Below are positions 62,371 through 64,000 of a stretch of DNA of 64,000 nt, in pieces. Within the stretch, counting starts at the first letter, position 1. Each line of letters begins with the position of its first letter. A model generated the notes under the pieces. It had not been told where the DNA came from, searched no databases, and was given only the letters and a program-made list of their open reading frames with translations. The position numbers were made by a program, and so were the translations under genes. The stretch comes from Chiloscyllium plagiosum (lineage: Eukaryota), in NCBI RefSeq assembly GCF_004010195.1, contig NC_057718.1:22418963-22482962 (forward strand). The letters run 5' to 3'.

Positions 62371-62710
62371 AGACTTTTGGCCTCTTTGTTAATTAGGGAG
62401 CCACAAACTGCCTGAGTTATACCTGTGATGAGGATGGATGACTGATGCAAAAGGCATCATTTTACTTCATGCTGTCTTGTCTTAGCAAAGACAATATTAC
62501 AAGATGGGGCAGGGGAGGAATGTTTGAAGGTTTAAGCTTAATATTGTAGACCAGACGTCATTGCTAAGATCGTTTGAAAACCACAGTGACTGTCAAGATT
62601 TCATACACACATTGCAAAACTACAATTGTTAATGCTCTGAGTTTCACACATCTTAAGATCTTAATAAAACTACAGATGAATAATGAGAATCGCTATGTTT
62701 TCTGTTGCAG

Positions 62711-62870
62711 CTACCAACTACCAAGTGGATATAAGCCAGCTCCGATGGACCTGAGCCACATCAAGTTAACCTCAACCCAGGAAGCAATGGTGGACAAACT
62801 GGCAGAGAATGCTCATAATGTGTGGGCTAGAGATCGCATCAGGCAAGGCTGGACGTACGGTATTCAGCAG
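62711..62870 (+). CDS. RYR2: RYR2 exon (~26), 160 nt, RyR repeat 2; GC donor
   Basis: ttgcAG|C TAC CAA...CAG CAG|GCAAGT. Translates [53 protein letters not shown], where [10 protein letters not shown] and GWTYGIQQ are RYR2-type. Confidence 0.93.
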
Positions 62871-64000
62871 GCAAGTTGTGTTCCTGTCTGCATTTCCAAT
62901 GGATGTCACATCCTAAGTTATTGCCCTGCGGGACTTGCTGCTGATTAGACTGAATGGAAGCTATGAAAGTTTCAGAAGGCTTTTACATTTTTAATGTGCC
63001 CATCACTAGCTGAGCAAGAGGCTGCTGCATGTTTATCCTTCTCTCAGGCTGCAGAGCTGGAGCAGTTGCAACGTATTTATCTTGAACACTGCATTTTCTG
63101 CTGCAGCACTGTCTCAGCTGGTGGGTGTTCAGGATATAGGTGGGTCTGGTCTACTTGAATGTCTCACACTGTGACCATTCTCTCGGCACTATCACCTACT
63201 GTAGGGAATCTAATCTGTACTAGCATTGCCCTTCCCTTTAGCCTGCCAGCCCCTACCCGACTCACCTATTTTGAGGATGGTGTCCATCACTGTGCCCTTT
63301 CAGCTGGGTGCAGTCCTAGCAGTGGCCATCCACTCCCAGTGATGCTGCTAAGATTGAACAGCTGCTGAGTGGCATTTCACGGAGCCAGGCTTCCAACCTT
63401 TAAAAAGATAGGAGCCACAACGGCAACTGATTTGTTGCGAGCTGGACTCAAAAAAGCAGCCATGCCCCCACCATCCTGGCTATATACAAACCTCACTGTG
63501 CTTTCATCCTCAAAAACACACACACATGCCTCTTGTTGTTGATGGAAAGCTTTGTTGGAATCATGCTGCTGTTGGAGCCAGAGGTGCGCTTCAGAATTGA
63601 GTTGGTGAGTGCCACATTATTTAAGTCCCCAAATTCTTGTTCTGCCAGTCAGTGTGCTCCATGTCCTGAGTCAAAGAGCAAAAAGTGTGCATCAGAAGTA
63701 CCCATTTTGGCTGTGAGCCTGGAAATCTGTCCTCCTGATTCAATTTGGGCCATGTCTGATCTCACTAAATAACTAAAGCCTGATATCAACAGTCCTCTAT
63801 ACAGACAAAACTAGGGCAAGGTGGGTATAGTTTTCAGGAACTTACATGGATGCATTTCTGGAGGCAAGTGACAAAAGCCTTGCTCATGCCCTTGACTGGA
63901 ATTTTGATTGGATCCGCTAGATTTGTTACTGAACAGAAACCTGTAGCATTTGGATTCTGTTAGAAATTTCCCACCAAACTGCACTCACCTTCCACTAAAC

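Noticed and set aside
2625..62870. Assignment to RYR1 or RYR3
   Set aside because: Diagnostic peptides ([39 protein letters not shown]) fit RYR2 better as recalled. A phylogeny would be needed for proof.

Overview
This is eukaryotic genomic DNA, most likely from a shark or other elasmobranch, judging by the abundant HE1-type SINEs and HER1/CR1 LINEs. The window holds eight consecutive + strand coding exons of a ryanodine receptor gene, best matching RYR2: 2625-2758, 4849-5090, 11082-11274, 13465-13681, 18351-18455, 20325-20428, 32466-32549 and 62711-62870. They total 1239 nt and splice in frame, covering the end of the N-terminal solenoid, SPRY1 and Repeat1-2. The last exon ends in a GC donor. 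The introns are filled with transposon relics: CR1/HER1, L2, Rex1/Babar and other LINEs, SINEs, solo LTRs, a Harbinger fossil, and about 20 Penelope-like (PLE) insertions. The most notable signal is that at least four sequence-distinct PLE families carry the same minimal hammerhead-ribozyme motif (stem I-CUGANGA-N-stem II-GAAA-palindromic 2-nt loop-UH-stem I), with covarying stems. Many copies are 100-370 bp fold-back hairpin mini-elements flanked by 8-17 bp target-site duplications (TSDs), and their inversion points cluster at the ribozyme core. There is also an old scrambled (inverted and permuted) local duplication at 45672-46697 copied from 55200-56222, and a 714-N assembly gap. All calls were made by eye, so repeat boundaries are approximate.
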